Position numbers and translations under genes: made by a program. A model generated the notes under the pieces. It was not told the origin of the DNA. It saw only the letters and a list, made by a program, of their open reading frames with translations, and ran no database searches. A stretch of DNA of 63,661 bases, filler included, from Reclinomonas americana ATCC 50394 (taxonomy: Eukaryota), in NCBI GenBank assembly GCA_048213135.1. It is 5 parts of 2 records of this genome, joined end to end, with 100 filler letters (N's around TTAATTAATTAA, not from the genome) between each part and the next. Parts side by side here need not be neighbours in the genome. Positions count along the whole stretch, not along the records: positions 42,344 to 54,570 come from PS015071.1; positions 54,671 to 59,290 come from PS015071.1; positions 59,391 to 63,661 come from PS015072.1; 2 more parts are not named here. The stretch is one strand, 5' to 3'. Of the stretch, positions 52,024-63,661 are shown in pieces; within the stretch, counting starts at the first letter, position 1; each line of letters begins with the position of its first letter.

Positions 52024-54439
52024 TTATGAGGAAGGTGTGGGCGACGAGGGGTCCTTTTTGACAAGACGGTAGATGGCTGACTCCTGGAACTTGCGCGTCT
52101 GAATGTCGCCCTCCTCGCTAAAGACCATGTAGTGCTCGTCGCCAATCGCAAAGTACTCCACGTCGGTGGCGCCCACGGTGTCGAACCGCTGGTGCACACG
52201 GAAGCGACGAATGGTCGGCTCGTACACGTAGACGGTGGAGCGCGCGTGATACCGCTTCCCGTGCCGGTCGCCAAACTCGGCCACCGCCAGGAACTGGAAG
52301 CCGGCCGCGGAGAAGAACTCGGCGGCGTGCGCTCCGTCGGTGCCCATTTCTTGCACCAGCGAGAAGTCGTCGGTGGCCGGGCTGTATGAGTACAGTTGCG
52401 AGGCAATGTGCGGCGTGTTGTCGTCGCGGTCGTTGCTGGGAACAGAATGATATGAGAAACGCGACGTGGAGAGCAACAAAGCAGAAAAGAAGCCTTCTCC
52501 CCATCCTTTCCCTTGTCCCCACCCTTTCCCTTGTCCCCACCCTTTCCCTTGTCCCCACCCTTTCCCTTCTCCTCGCCCTTTCCCTTCTCCCCACCCTCTC
52601 CCTTCTCCGCACACTTTCCCCTCTCCTCGTCCTTTCCCTTCTCCTCACCCTTTCCCTTCTCCTCACCCGTTCCCCTCTCCTCACCCTTTCCCTTCTCCCC
52701 ACCCTTTCCCCTTTCCACCCTTTCCCTTTCTCTTCTCCCCACCCTTTCCCCTTTCCACCCTTTCCCTTCTCCTCACCTAAAGAACACAAAGTGCTCATTG
52801 AACATGTGGAACGCTTCCGCATCGTGCGCCCCGGTCGTCGGCACCGACTGGCGCGGCACAAACTGGTGCCGCGAGAAGTCAAACTCCCACATCACCGACG
52901 GCGTGTGCCAGCCCGACTGCCGCGAGTGGTACGCCGCGGCGGCGAGGAACACGCGGTGCGGGCCAACCAGCGACACAGCCATGCTGGCCACGCCGGGCAC
53001 GACCAGCTGCTGGAACGGCTTGAAGGGCGGCTCGCTGCCCGTGGCCTCCGGATCGAAGCGGAACACGGCGAGACGCGACGCAAAGTTCTCCGCCACCGCC
53101 AGATACAGATCGTCGTCAATGTAGAAGGCCTCCAGCTGGCCAGCACCGTCCGACACAATTACCTGCCGTGCTGTGAGCAGAGCAAGAGAGACAAGAAGAG
53201 AAGATCGCCGCTGACCTGTCGCTCCACAAACTGCGTGCCATCGTGCTCATACACCACCGACGTCTTGCCGTAGTAGTTGGGCACGGCCAAGAAGTGTCGC
53301 AGCTTCTCGCCCTTCTTGCCCGTCGCAGTCGGATAACAAAAGGCCTCCCAGCCGTGCGCTCCAATGGTGGTCAGATGCTGAATGCCCTCCAGTGAGAGAC
53401 CTCCATGTGGTGCACTCTCCACGCGGAAGATCACCGACGAGGCAGCCATGTTGGGGCCTATGTGTGAGAGAGGGAATGAGAGAGAGAAGAAGAAGAAGAG
53501 AACAATGAAAAGAAGAAGGAGAAGAGGGAGAAGAAGAACCTGTTGCTTTGCCTCTTGTTCTTGTTCTTGTTCTTCTTCTTCTTCTTGGTCCCCTCCTCCT
53601 CCTGCTCCTAGTCATCCTTCATCTCCTCCTCCTCCTCGTCATCCTTCTTCTTCGTNNNNNNNNNNNNNNNNNNNNNNNNNNNNNNNNNNNNNNNNNNNNN
53701 NNNNNNNNNNNNNNNNNNNNNNNNNNNNNNNNNNNNNNNNNNNNNNNNNNNNNNNNNNNNNNNNNNNNNNNNNNNNNNNNNNNNNNNNNNNNNNNNNNNN
53801 NNNNNNNNNNNNNNNNNNNNNNNNNNNNNNNNNNNNNNNNNNNNNNNNNNNNNNNNNNNNNNNNNNNNNNNNNNNNNNNNNNNNNNNNNNNNNNNNNNNN
53901 NNNNNNNNNNNNNNNNNNNNNNNNNNNNNNNNNNNNNNNNNNNNNNNNNNNNNNNNNNNNNNNNNNNNNNNNNNNNNNNNNNNNNNNNNNNNNNNNNNNN
54001 NNNNNNNNNNNNNNNNNNNNNNNNNNNNNNNNNNNNNNNNNNNNNNNNNNNNNNNNCTCTCTCTCTGTTTTTTTCTTCTTCTTCTTCTTCTCTCTCTCTC
54101 TCTCTCTCTCTCGCTCAACTGACTCCATCCCAAAAGTTTGCCACTGCCAGAAAGTTTCCCAGGCCCTCGATGCTGAAGAACTCCCATCCGGCCGCTCCTT
54201 GCGTTGGCACAGTGCCGATCTTGACCCACTCAAGCTCAGTGGCAGAGCCGACCACTGTGGAGGACAACTGTGACGAGAGAGAGTGTGTGTGAGAGAAGGG
54301 AGAGAGTGCGAGAGAGAGAGAGAGAGAGAGCACGCACTGCGTCTGTGAGTCCGCCTGCGTTGTCCAGGAGATGCGCATGTGTCACTGCACAGGCACATGC
54401 CAGCAGCAGGAGAACGAGAAGAGCAGAGCGCTGTTGCAT
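52024..54439 (-). CDS. Secreted EPTP/EAR-repeat (TSPEAR/LGI-like beta-propeller) protein
   Basis: Signal peptide MQQRSALLVLLLLACACA. Repeats of the form Q.xxTxGAxxxExF..(F/Y)LAVA.: PTQGAAGWEFF..FLAVANF, TTIGAHGWEAF..FLAVPNY, PTTGAHDAEAF, GTDGAHAAEFF..FLAVAEF, DTVGATDVEYF. Confidence 0.8.
52495..52775. repeat. 18-bp intronic minisatellite (ccccaccctttcccttgt and variants)
   Basis: Directly visible inside intron 52436-52776. Confidence 0.9.
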
Positions 54440-55604
54440 GCGCGGAAGAATGGAATACTGCTTTTTTCGCGCCAAAACCATCGCTGCGTCATGCCGCCAC
54501 CCTTTCCCTACCCCTCAGGTTACGCTGCTTTGATGCTTTCGCGCCGAACAACGTCATGCATTCTTCTAAANNNNNNNNNNNNNNNNNNNNNNNNNNNNNN
54601 NNNNNNNNNNNNNNTTAATTAATTAANNNNNNNNNNNNNNNNNNNNNNNNNNNNNNNNNNNNNNNNNNNNCTCCTTCCTTCCATGTCTCTCTCTCTCTCT
54701 CTCTCTCGCCTTTCTCCTTTTCCTCGTTGCATCTCTTTTGTGTCAGAGGGCGGAAGAGAGAGAAAAAAGGAGGCCACGCAAATGGCAACATGAGGGGTGA
54801 TGGACAAAGTTGTATCTGTATCTCCGTCTTCCCTTCTCTTCATCCATCCTCCTTCCTCCTTCCTCCTTCCTCCTTCCTCCTTCCTCATTCCTTCCCTCTC
54901 TCTGTCTCTCTCAGTGTCTCTCTCCTGCCTTCTTTGTCTCGACGCAAAAGACAACAGGGGGATGGAGAGACTCTCTTGTATCCGTCTTGTCTTCCTATCT
55001 CTCCTGCTGTTCCTTGCATGGCTGTACGTTGTGTCTTCCTCTTTGACAACAGGGATACATGTGAAGCGAGAAGAGCACGAGTTGTCTCGCTCCTCACTCT
55101 CCCCTTTCCCCTCCCCACAGCTTCCTCATGGAGGAACTCGGTCTCAAGGTCATCCTCGGCATGGTCAAGGAGGAAAAGGAGCGGAAGAGTCGTGAGGCCC
55201 AGTGAAACGCTTGATGATTCGTGAGCCACCTCGCCGGCAGCTGCAGGCACTGGCTGTCGTAAATTTGTCGTGTCAGGAGCGACGCATTGGACAGGTTTTT
55301 CGGAGTGCGATCGGAGGGCCCGCCTTTTTTCTTCTCGACGTGGCAACCGCCACCCGCTGTTCTATTTGTGCTCTCGTCAGTCGGGTCGACGACTCGCAAC
55401 ACAAAGCATGCGGCCCCTGTTTCATGGATGTGGACGCGACGCGACGCGCAAAGCATTCATATTTGCATGACCACTTTCGCGGTAAATTTGTGAGTGGTCC
55501 TGCTCGTTGCAGTAAGCCGTCAGATGTCTACTGGACAGCAAGGATACCGCACAGGATCACCAATGTCAATCCTGTCAAATCCGCCAAACCAGCCACGCCA
55601 CAAG

Positions 55605-55612
55605 TATAAATA
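55605..55612 (+). promoter_or_regulatory. Candidate TATA box
   Basis: TATAAATA about 110 nt upstream of the ATG at 55717. Confidence 0.35.
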
Positions 55613-55716
55613 GCCCGACGACCGACAATCCGACAAACCCAATTTCTTCTCCATCTTTCGTGAGCGCTGGTTATCTCCCCCCCTTTTTTTTTTCGAATTT
55701 TCTCTGTTTCTGCTGC

Positions 55717-57590
55717 ATGTCCGGTTTCACCAACTTCCCGTCGTCTTCTGAGAGCTGGATGTTCTTCCCTGATCAAGAGGAGCCAGAGAGCGTCGATGAG
55801 GTTTTCGCCACGAGCATGAGATACGGGCTTCAACGAGAAGACCCTCCGTGTGGCGCCACCACTGGCCATGGCGCCTCCGCGACGACCGGTACCGCTTGGC
55901 ACCAGGAGCCACCGCTGATGCCCTTTGCTCCTCTGCCCGTCGGCAGCATGCATGCGCCACCACCACCACCACCGCCGCCAATGCCTCCAATGTCGCAACT
56001 GCCGCTGCCTTTCCTTCCGCTGCGTTTGCCGCCGGTAACACCGACATCGTCGTCGCTGGGCCTGGGTGCTGCAATGTCGGTGCCCGCCTCGCCCTTGTCG
56101 TCGGCGAGTGCTCCACCCTCTCCTTCCTCCACGACCACCACCACGACCACCACAACAACAGCGACTGCTGCGCCGTGGCCGGCGCCATGGGCGCCATGGC
56201 CAGTTGCAGGAGCGCCCAGTTTCTCATATTACCCACCGCCGAGCGTGCAGCCGCCGCCGTTCATGAACTTTGGTGGCTGTCCAGGAGGGTGAGTTTTATT
56301 GGGAGATGGAGAGAGTGTGTTCTTCTTTTGCAGTGCGTGTCTCCTCTGTTTTCTTGATGTGCGCTGTGTGTTCGAGAATCCCCTGTATTTCGTGCTCACT
56401 CAGCTCCCCCTCCTCTGTCTCCACTCTGCAGTCCCTTCGCGCCAGCGTTGAACCCAATCTTTGTGTTCGCCAGCCCCCATCTGCCCACTGCTGCTGTGCC
56501 CAGGTGCGATATCGACTCCCACTCGTTGCCATTTATGGCGTGCGTGTCCATTCCTGACTGCTCTTTGATTTTCTTATTGTGTCCTGTTTTGCACAGCCCG
56601 TGCCCCAGCGAGATGACCATGGTGGCTGCGTCTCCCGAAGCACACATGTCTGGCAAGAGGTTGGTACTGCGTGCCTTGTGCGCGTGCGCATCCATACATT
56701 TCCCCCCGTCCTTTTTATTGACATTCTTCTTCTTTTCTCAGAAGAAGAAACCATGCACCGAACACGGACACTGACGAAGAATCCGAGTGGGAGCCACACG
56801 ACGAAGACGGCACAGACAGCGACGGGCGCCGCGTGCGTCGTCGTGTCTGCGCGACACGCACACCCTCTCGCGCTGCCACCACCACCACCAAGAAGAACTC
56901 AACACCACGCGCTCGGCGACCGCGCCAGCCTGTCGAGAGCGACCTGCAGTGCACCGAGGTGGAGCTGCGGAGGACGCTCAACATCCTGCGCTGGTTTACT
57001 GAGCGCATCACCATGGGTGGAGGCCGCCGTATCAAGTGGGCCGAAGTTCTCAAGCACCTGAATGAGGTGCAACATGGCCTGCGCGGCAGCGTGTTGCTGC
57101 TGGATGTGGCCCGTGGCGAGACGGAAATGCCCAAGCGCTCGCCTGTGTGGAGGTTCTGGCGCAAGCTGGCGCGTCGTCTGAGTTGCGTCGCAAGATGGCC
57201 CTCGCTGTTTTTTTCGATATGTTGTTCGCTGACATGTCGCCATGTCGTGCAGAGGACGCCCACGTGGAGCTGTATGGTTCAGGTGCCGAGCAGACAGTGC
57301 CGTTCATCGCGCGCATCCTGGACGTGGTGGAGTTTGTGTGGTGCGAGCTGCGTGTGACGCCCGCCGAGTGCATCCGATCGGAAATCGAGGGTGATCTTTG
57401 GCAACGCGTGCGTGGTATGTGCGAAGTGCGATTCGCACTGCAGCAGCGCGAGTGGCGACTTGTGCAGCAGCTGCTGCTGGTCACCCCGAGCAAGGAGAGC
57501 GAGCCAGGCTTCAAGGACATTGACCGTGAGCGGTGCTCGATGCGCAAGGGTTATGAAATGTTGGCGAATGAGTTGCTCGCCGAAAAGTGA
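55717..57590 (+). CDS. Hypothetical protein (Pro-rich N-terminus, acidic/basic linker, helical C-terminal domain)
   Basis: Four GT-AG introns give an open frame ending ...YEMLANELLAEK*. Confidence 0.55.
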
Positions 57591-57997
57591 AACCTAATCA
57601 TCATCATGTTGTACGTGGAACAACAACAGGAGGGAGAAGGAGAGGAGAGGGAGAGGCGAAAGACGGCGATGAGAACCTAGGTGACAGCTTGGTGTACGTT
57701 CGTTCGGATTCGCATCGTGTTCGCAAACACCAAATCAAATCGGTTCGGAAAATATAAGGGAGGGGGGCGCGTGTGGTGTTCCCTGCAACGACCATATGCA
57801 GTGGCTGCGACTCTTGCGTGAGAGCTACCAGCTGCGTCACTCACACACCACGCTTGCATACGAATCTGATGACCGGTATATTTCAACTCCGCACGGTCAA
57901 GTCACAGAAGAAAAAACTAACTAGGGGGCCGGGTGCGCTGTGTGCAACAAAACACATGCACTCGCAAACACTGAAACTCGGCGACGGATGCGCTTGC

Positions 57998-59227
57998 TCA
58001 TGGCGCAGTGGTGGCCTCCTTCTGCTTGGCCTCCATGCTGTCGAGAATTGCCTGTATTTACAAAAATGTGTTACACTCACTCACGATGAGAACACGCACA
58101 TTAAAGCGCGCTCCACCACAGGAGCGACGCTCCGTCAGGTGCAAGCCGCGCAATGTGCATCACTCACCACCACCTGCGTGGAGAACTGAGTGCGGAAGGC
58201 ACCGATTTGCGTATTCGATGTCACCGGGTACACGCGATTGGTCAACAGAATGGTGAACACACGGCGGTCAGGGTCGTTGCACACTTGCGTGCCCGTGTAC
58301 CTGCAGCGCGTCGCCAAAAAAATCAGACACGGAAAAGGGAAAAAGAAGACGGCCCGAGATAAAGCAAGGGCACAAGAAGAGACTCGAACATGCAACATTT
58401 AACCCCGAGAGACACAGCGTAATACGACCGCGTCCCCTCTCCCACGAAGACGCACCCGAGATGCAGGAAGGTTCGTGGCGACAAATCACCACACGAGTGA
58501 TCGGTGTTGAGGCCGGTGGCATTGGTGTCCCAGCCGAGTGCGCGCGACGACTGCGTCGTGTTGTAGACGCGCGTAAACTGAGACACGGTATCTACCGAGA
58601 GGCGCGTGAAGGTGGCTGCGAGGGGAGAGGGAGAGGGAGAGAAAGTGAGTCACTGGTGCAGAAACCATTATCAGCAGCAGCGCAACGATGGGTGAACGGC
58701 AGCGGCAGCTCCGGATACATCCACTGGAACAGCGCATTTGCAACATCGGGCAGCGTGGCGAACAGACCAGCGTGCCCCGAGATGCCGCCGAGAGCGTACG
58801 CGTTGCCGTCGGAGACCTGTCCTTGCACCACTCTGGTTGGATGAGGGCGCGAGGTTCAGCAAACGGGGCGAGGGAGGAAGAAGACAGATATAAATCAAGT
58901 ATTAAGCGACAAAACCGATGACGATAGGTGGTGTCGTTCCAGGCGGGTGCGGCGCGACCCCAGTCGGACAGCGACGGCAGGAAGCCGCTGTCCTTCATCT
59001 GCAGCGGCTCGAACACCTCGCGGCGGACGTAGGCCTCGTAGTAGCACACCAGATTGCTGCCACACACACAATGATACAGGTGAGATGACAGAAAAAACTG
59101 AAAGGGAATTGAGCGTGCGACTCACCCCGGGCCCCTCTGATCGCAACCCGGGTAAAAGTCGGCAGCCGTCACGTAGCCATGGTCGCGCGCCAGCTTGCCG
59201 ACCACGTACATCATGGTAATCATGCTG
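57998..59227 (-). CDS. Beta-lactamase-family (class C/AmiE-like) serine hydrolase, 5' truncated
   Basis: YVRREVFEPLQMKDSGF, GQVSDGNAYALGGISGHAGLFAT, RALGWD, HLG|YTGT, ILLTNRVYP; interrupted by spliceosomal introns. Confidence 0.85.
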
Positions 59228-59390
59228 CATGTGTCGTAAATGAGATTGGGAAGGGGGAGAGGAGGGAGAGAGAGAGAGAGAGTGTGTGTGNNNNNNNNNN
59301 NNNNNNNNNNNNNNNNNNNNNNNNNNNNNNNNNNTTAATTAATTAANNNNNNNNNNNNNNNNNNNNNNNNNNNNNNNNNNNNNNNNNNNN

Positions 59391-61477
59391 CCGCCATTTT
59401 GGTGTACGAGCCGGAGCGGGCGCGCGTCAGAGTCGATGCTCCTTGTGATGAGGAGGATGCTGGTGGTGCAAGCGAGTGTGTGTGTGTCGGAGAAATGTCG
59501 TGCGAGGCCAGCGGCGCCGCGGGAGGCGCGACTGGCGCATGTGCAGATGCAGCGGCCGTGGGAGAGCCACTGCTGTCTTCGCTGGCGAGTGGGCCGGCGT
59601 CGACCACGAGCTCACCGTCCATGTTTTTGTGTAATGATGATGAAATACTGAGTGGGACACACCGCGCACGGGCAGGCAGGCAGGCTCTCGACGCGGGTGC
59701 TGCCTGGTGAGCATTGTGGTATGATGCAGGAGTCGTTGCGTTGAACGCCAGTAGTTGTCGCGAACTGCAATCTTGTTGAAGTCACTTGCAGTTGTCGCGA
59801 TCACCTGTGTTGTGCTTTACTATATTGGGAACCACGGGAACCAGCCGTGTATGACGGGCGTGTCGCGGGCCTCGGCGATCTCGTTGCACGTCATGAGCGC
59901 CTCGTATAACCTGTTCACGTCCTTTTGTGTCAGGCGATCTCCGGCACTGGCCTCGCGGAATGGGAGGCGTGTAGCGGTGGCGATGCATCCGGCGTGCTCG
60001 GCGCCTGCTGTCGTCGTTGGCGACGATATCATGTACACCTGTACCGCGATCGGGAATGAGATAGACACACCGCCTCGTGCTGATGGTCGACCGACTCGCG
60101 AACCTTGTCGGCGTGGAGCGACAGGAACGCAGCCCATGTCTTTTCCAGCAAGTGGGCGTGACACCGTTCGGGGAACGCCGTGCGGGAGCAGCTGAAATCG
60201 CTCTCCAGCAGCAGGAAGGCACTCACAATCACCTGGAAGCGCGCAAACTCGCTGCAGCGAACGTGTCAGTCCGCGACTCAATCGCCTGGGTACACAAAGA
60301 GCAACACGCAACGACAGCGTCTGCTTGGTCACCACCATGTGCGCGCCGCTTTCCGTGCCGTCGCTGAGCAAGCGATGCACGTCGGCCGGCCACTGCACGC
60401 TCCAGTCGGGCCCAAACACGCGGTGCATCAACGCCGTCCACTCGTCCGCCATACTCTCGGTGGCAGTCTCCGCGTCGAGTGTGTGCGTCGGCGGAGCCCA
60501 CAAGAATACTGCGTCGTCACCATACGCAGAAAAGTCGAATTGTCGCAGCCTGTTGCACGGCGGTGCCAGCAACGTGGACGGTGAGTGCTCATCGGGCACT
60601 GCAAACGCGATCCACTTCGGCAGCGGCAGACAGTGCACAGCCAGGGCGAATGGCAGCAGCGCGGCGTACTCGCCCATCGGCGACGTGCCGGTGTGCGGTC
60701 GCTTCGCCAGCGTGCGCGACATGTTGACCATGTCGCACAGCAAGGAGGATTCGTGCAGGTGCAGGTGTGACTGCTTGGTGACAAAGGAGCCGAGACGGAA
60801 CACCTCCCACAGCGTCGCATTGCCCTCTGTGATCGGTGGTCAGTCGATACGTAGGGAACGGGCGGGCGGGGCTGGAGCGACGAAACTGGTGAACGCCGAG
60901 CAGGGCAGAAACGCCAGGCGATTGGCGGCATCCTTGATCGTTGTGGTGTCGCACAGTGGCATGCGCTCCATTTCCAGCAGCCAGTCGTGTCTGCGAAGAG
61001 GAGAGAGAGAGACAACTGATCAAACATCGCTCACGCAGGTCAACGCACGTCGACGCGCCACTCAACATTACAGGATGATGTACTGCGCGATCGATCCACT
61101 CGTGCACGCTGTTGGGGAAGTCGCGTTCGTTGACCACGCGTCGACACGGAAACGAAATGCGATACTCAATGGCCGCATGTTGCAGACCTGTTCATCAACG
61201 ACAATGAGCGACACACAGATTGTACACACCGCGACTGTGCAAACAGCGCACCAGCACGTTGTGAGCGGAACAGCGACTGAGGACTGTGCACAATCATGGC
61301 CTGCATGCACCTGCTGGTGAGAGAGCGTGCGTGCAATGAGGCAACACCGCAAGAACGCGTGAACAGACCAGTGTCCACAGCACACACGCCAGCAATGCCA
61401 GCAAGCGCACACGTGTCACATACACAGCCGTGTCGCTGTTCACCATCGCGATTGTTGACAGTGTGGTGGTGACTCAT
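59391..61477 (-). CDS. Hypothetical protein, 3' truncated at contig end
   Basis: In-frame spliced path MSHHH...|LQHAAIEYRISF...|HDWLLEMER...|GNATLWEVFRLG...; no family recognised; start tentative. Confidence 0.5.
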
Positions 61478-61491
61478 GATCAGCCCGACCA

Positions 61492-63203
61492 ATGCAACGA
61501 CGAGTGAGCGTGGGCGGTCTCTCGTTGCCCACTCTCATCGCCGCCTATGCCATTGCGTGTGTGCTGACAGTGGCTGTTGTGTACGTGCGATTACGCGGCG
61601 ATGAGGTGAGTTGTCTCGCGTGCGTGTTCATTCTCTTGCTGACTTGCTGACACACAGTCGTTTCGTCGTTTTGCTGCGTGGACGACGTGCTGGTGGTGTC
61701 CGCGATCGATCGCGGAGACGGTTCCTCCGGCGTTGCGCGCGTGTCTGTTGCGCGTTCACGAAGGCGATTGTTGAGTCTGAGGAGGGAGAGAGACAGAAAG
61801 AGAGGTGAGCGACTGACGCTTTCATCGCAGCGGCTCCGTTTGGTATGCGAGTGGAGAAGGAGCAGCAGGTCGATGAGTGCACCTTGTATCGCGTGCTGCG
61901 CGCCAGTGACTGGGCTGATCGGCCACTACGTCGTCGCGTGTTTCCGATTGGTTTGTGCGCGCTTGTTTTGACGCACCGCCGGCATCACTTCCTCACTGGG
62001 AGCTGCAGTGACGATCACCACCGATGTGGAGTTCATCAACGAGACGTTGCCGGGCACCGATCGATTCAACTATGTGCCAACACTGCAGAATTGGTTGTCG
62101 TATGCGGATCACTGGTTCGTGCATGCTGCTGCTGCTGCTGCTGTGCTGGTGCATCGATCTCACGTTGTGGTTCCGCGACAGGTCCACAGAGGTGTATGTG
62201 TGGCAGATTCCGAAAGGGTGCGCTGATACTTGCATCCTCTGATGGTGTCGATCGTCGACACTGACTTGTTGTCGTGGGATGCAGTGCACGGCGACAGCTG
62301 CCGGCTCTCATGTTTGAAAAGTCTGTGGCCGTACTCGCCGTGTGGGACGAGGGTGGCCACAAAGGGGCGTGGTACGCCGACTTGGACGCCTTCTTCAAGT
62401 CCACTGCGTGTCGACGATCGCTCGATTTTTTCTTTGAAGATCACGATCGCGTAATGATTGTGGGGCAGGTGTGTGGTACCTCGTACCAAGCACGAGTATG
62501 CGCGCCTGCCACTGACATGGATCTTTGTGCGAAAAAAGGACCACGAGTTTATCAACGCCGGCATTCTTGGCTTCCGCAACTCTACATTCACACGCCAGTT
62601 CCTCCACGACTGGCACGCCGAGTCACTGCGCGGCAGGTGCATCGCGCCATGCATTTTATCGTGTCTCTCATCTTGTGCGCTCACCTGTCAGCAGATACGA
62701 AACACACCCATACGACCAGGTGGCGTTTGGCCACTTGTTTCTGCGGCACCTGGCGCGCCAGCGAGGACTCGATTACACCACGCCGTGCGACGACTGCACG
62801 TCGCCGTGGTCCACGGTGAGTGAGAGCGGGGCAAGAAGAAGAAGACCTTGAGAGTGCTGCTCACACATTACGTGTGTTAGTGCGACGGTTGCTTCGCACA
62901 AACAATGACGCAGTGGCAGCTGGCGCCGCCGTATGCGCAGTACGATTTTGGCGAGTTTCGCTTTGTCAGCAAGGTTTGTCAGAGGGGGCGGAGGGACTTT
63001 CCCCGTGAGTGTGCTACTCACGGGTCTTTTCTTCTTGACAGTACGGTCCGGGCGCGTCGCTGCAGTCGGCGTTCATGTCCACGCGCCCAATCACCGACTG
63101 GTCGCTCATGCATCACACCGGCTCCAAAGACTACTGGCAGATGCCGGGCCTGATTCCGTTTGACATTTGCGATCGGCGACAAGACAAGTGGGCAGTGAGG
63201 TAG
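61492..63203 (+). CDS. Type II membrane glycosyltransferase, GT34 (GMA12/MNN10)-like
   Basis: N-terminal TM, WYADLDAFF (DxD), DHEFINAGILGFRNSTFTRQFLHDW, YDQVAF, MHHTG. Confidence 0.7.
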
Positions 63204-63364
63204 CAGAAAGCAACAACTAGGGCAGTATAATAAGAACGATAATTTTGCAGCAAACACACATCTAAACGGCACGAAAGGGAAAGGGGGAGGGGGGAGCGAA
63301 GGGGAGTGTGGCACGCCAGGAAAGGAGAGGGTACTCTGGCGCGACACCGGGCGCAGGCGGTTGC

Positions 63365-63583
63365 TCATCGGCCAGTGAAGTGGTCAATGGCAGCAGAGAA
63401 CGCAGCGAAACCAGCACAGCCCAGCACAGCACTTTGCACACCGCCTGCACAGCAAGAAAAGAGGCGTGAGAGACCAGTTAATCGCGTGTGTAGCAAGAAG
63501 AGGCACGCACCGCGGACGCCAAAGCCGCCGCCGACAATGCAACCCGCAGACAGACCGTTGACCATGTCGTGCTTGGCACGATA
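63365..63583 (-). CDS. TIM22: Mitochondrial import translocase Tim22, last two exons
   Basis: YRAKHDMVNGLSAGCIVGGGFGVR|GGVQSAVLGCAGFAAFSAAIDHFTGR* matches the Tim22 C-terminal pattern. Confidence 0.85.
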   Translation of the reverse strand, partial: YRAKHDMVNGLSAGCIVGGGFGVRGACLFLLHTRLTGLSRLFSCCAGGVQSAVLGCAGFAAFSAAIDHFTGR

Positions 63584-63661
63584 CTGTGAAGAGGAGATGG
63601 TGTGTGAGAGAGAGAGAGAGAGGAGGTGGAGGAGGAGGGGAGAAGAAGAAGAAGAAGAAGA

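Overview
Gene-dense, intron-rich nuclear DNA from a GC-rich eukaryote, probably a flagellated, mitochondriate protist (ARMC2-like, FAM221-like and Tim22 genes). It is a draft assembly with N gaps and four artificial TTAATTAATTAA contig linkers. About 20 protein genes were reconstructed by hand-splicing mostly 55-85 nt GT-AG introns. They include tandem WD40 paralogues, an ABCG half-transporter, a nucleoside hydrolase, a NACHT-pentapeptide-WD40 (NLR-like) protein, a giant ARM-repeat protein and a canonical cytosolic Hsp70 next to a lidless pseudo-ATPase Hsp70. Also present are a head-to-head pair of unknown paralogues, a secreted EPTP/EAR-repeat protein, a beta-lactamase-family hydrolase and a GT34-like glycosyltransferase. 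The strongest novel signal is in the splice sites. There are two donor classes, G|GTGCG/GTGAG/GTGTG and a one-base-shifted N|GTTGCG/GTTGAG/GTTGTG, and the shifted class occurs almost only after exons that do not end in G. All gene models are manual and unconfirmed by transcripts; no searches were run.
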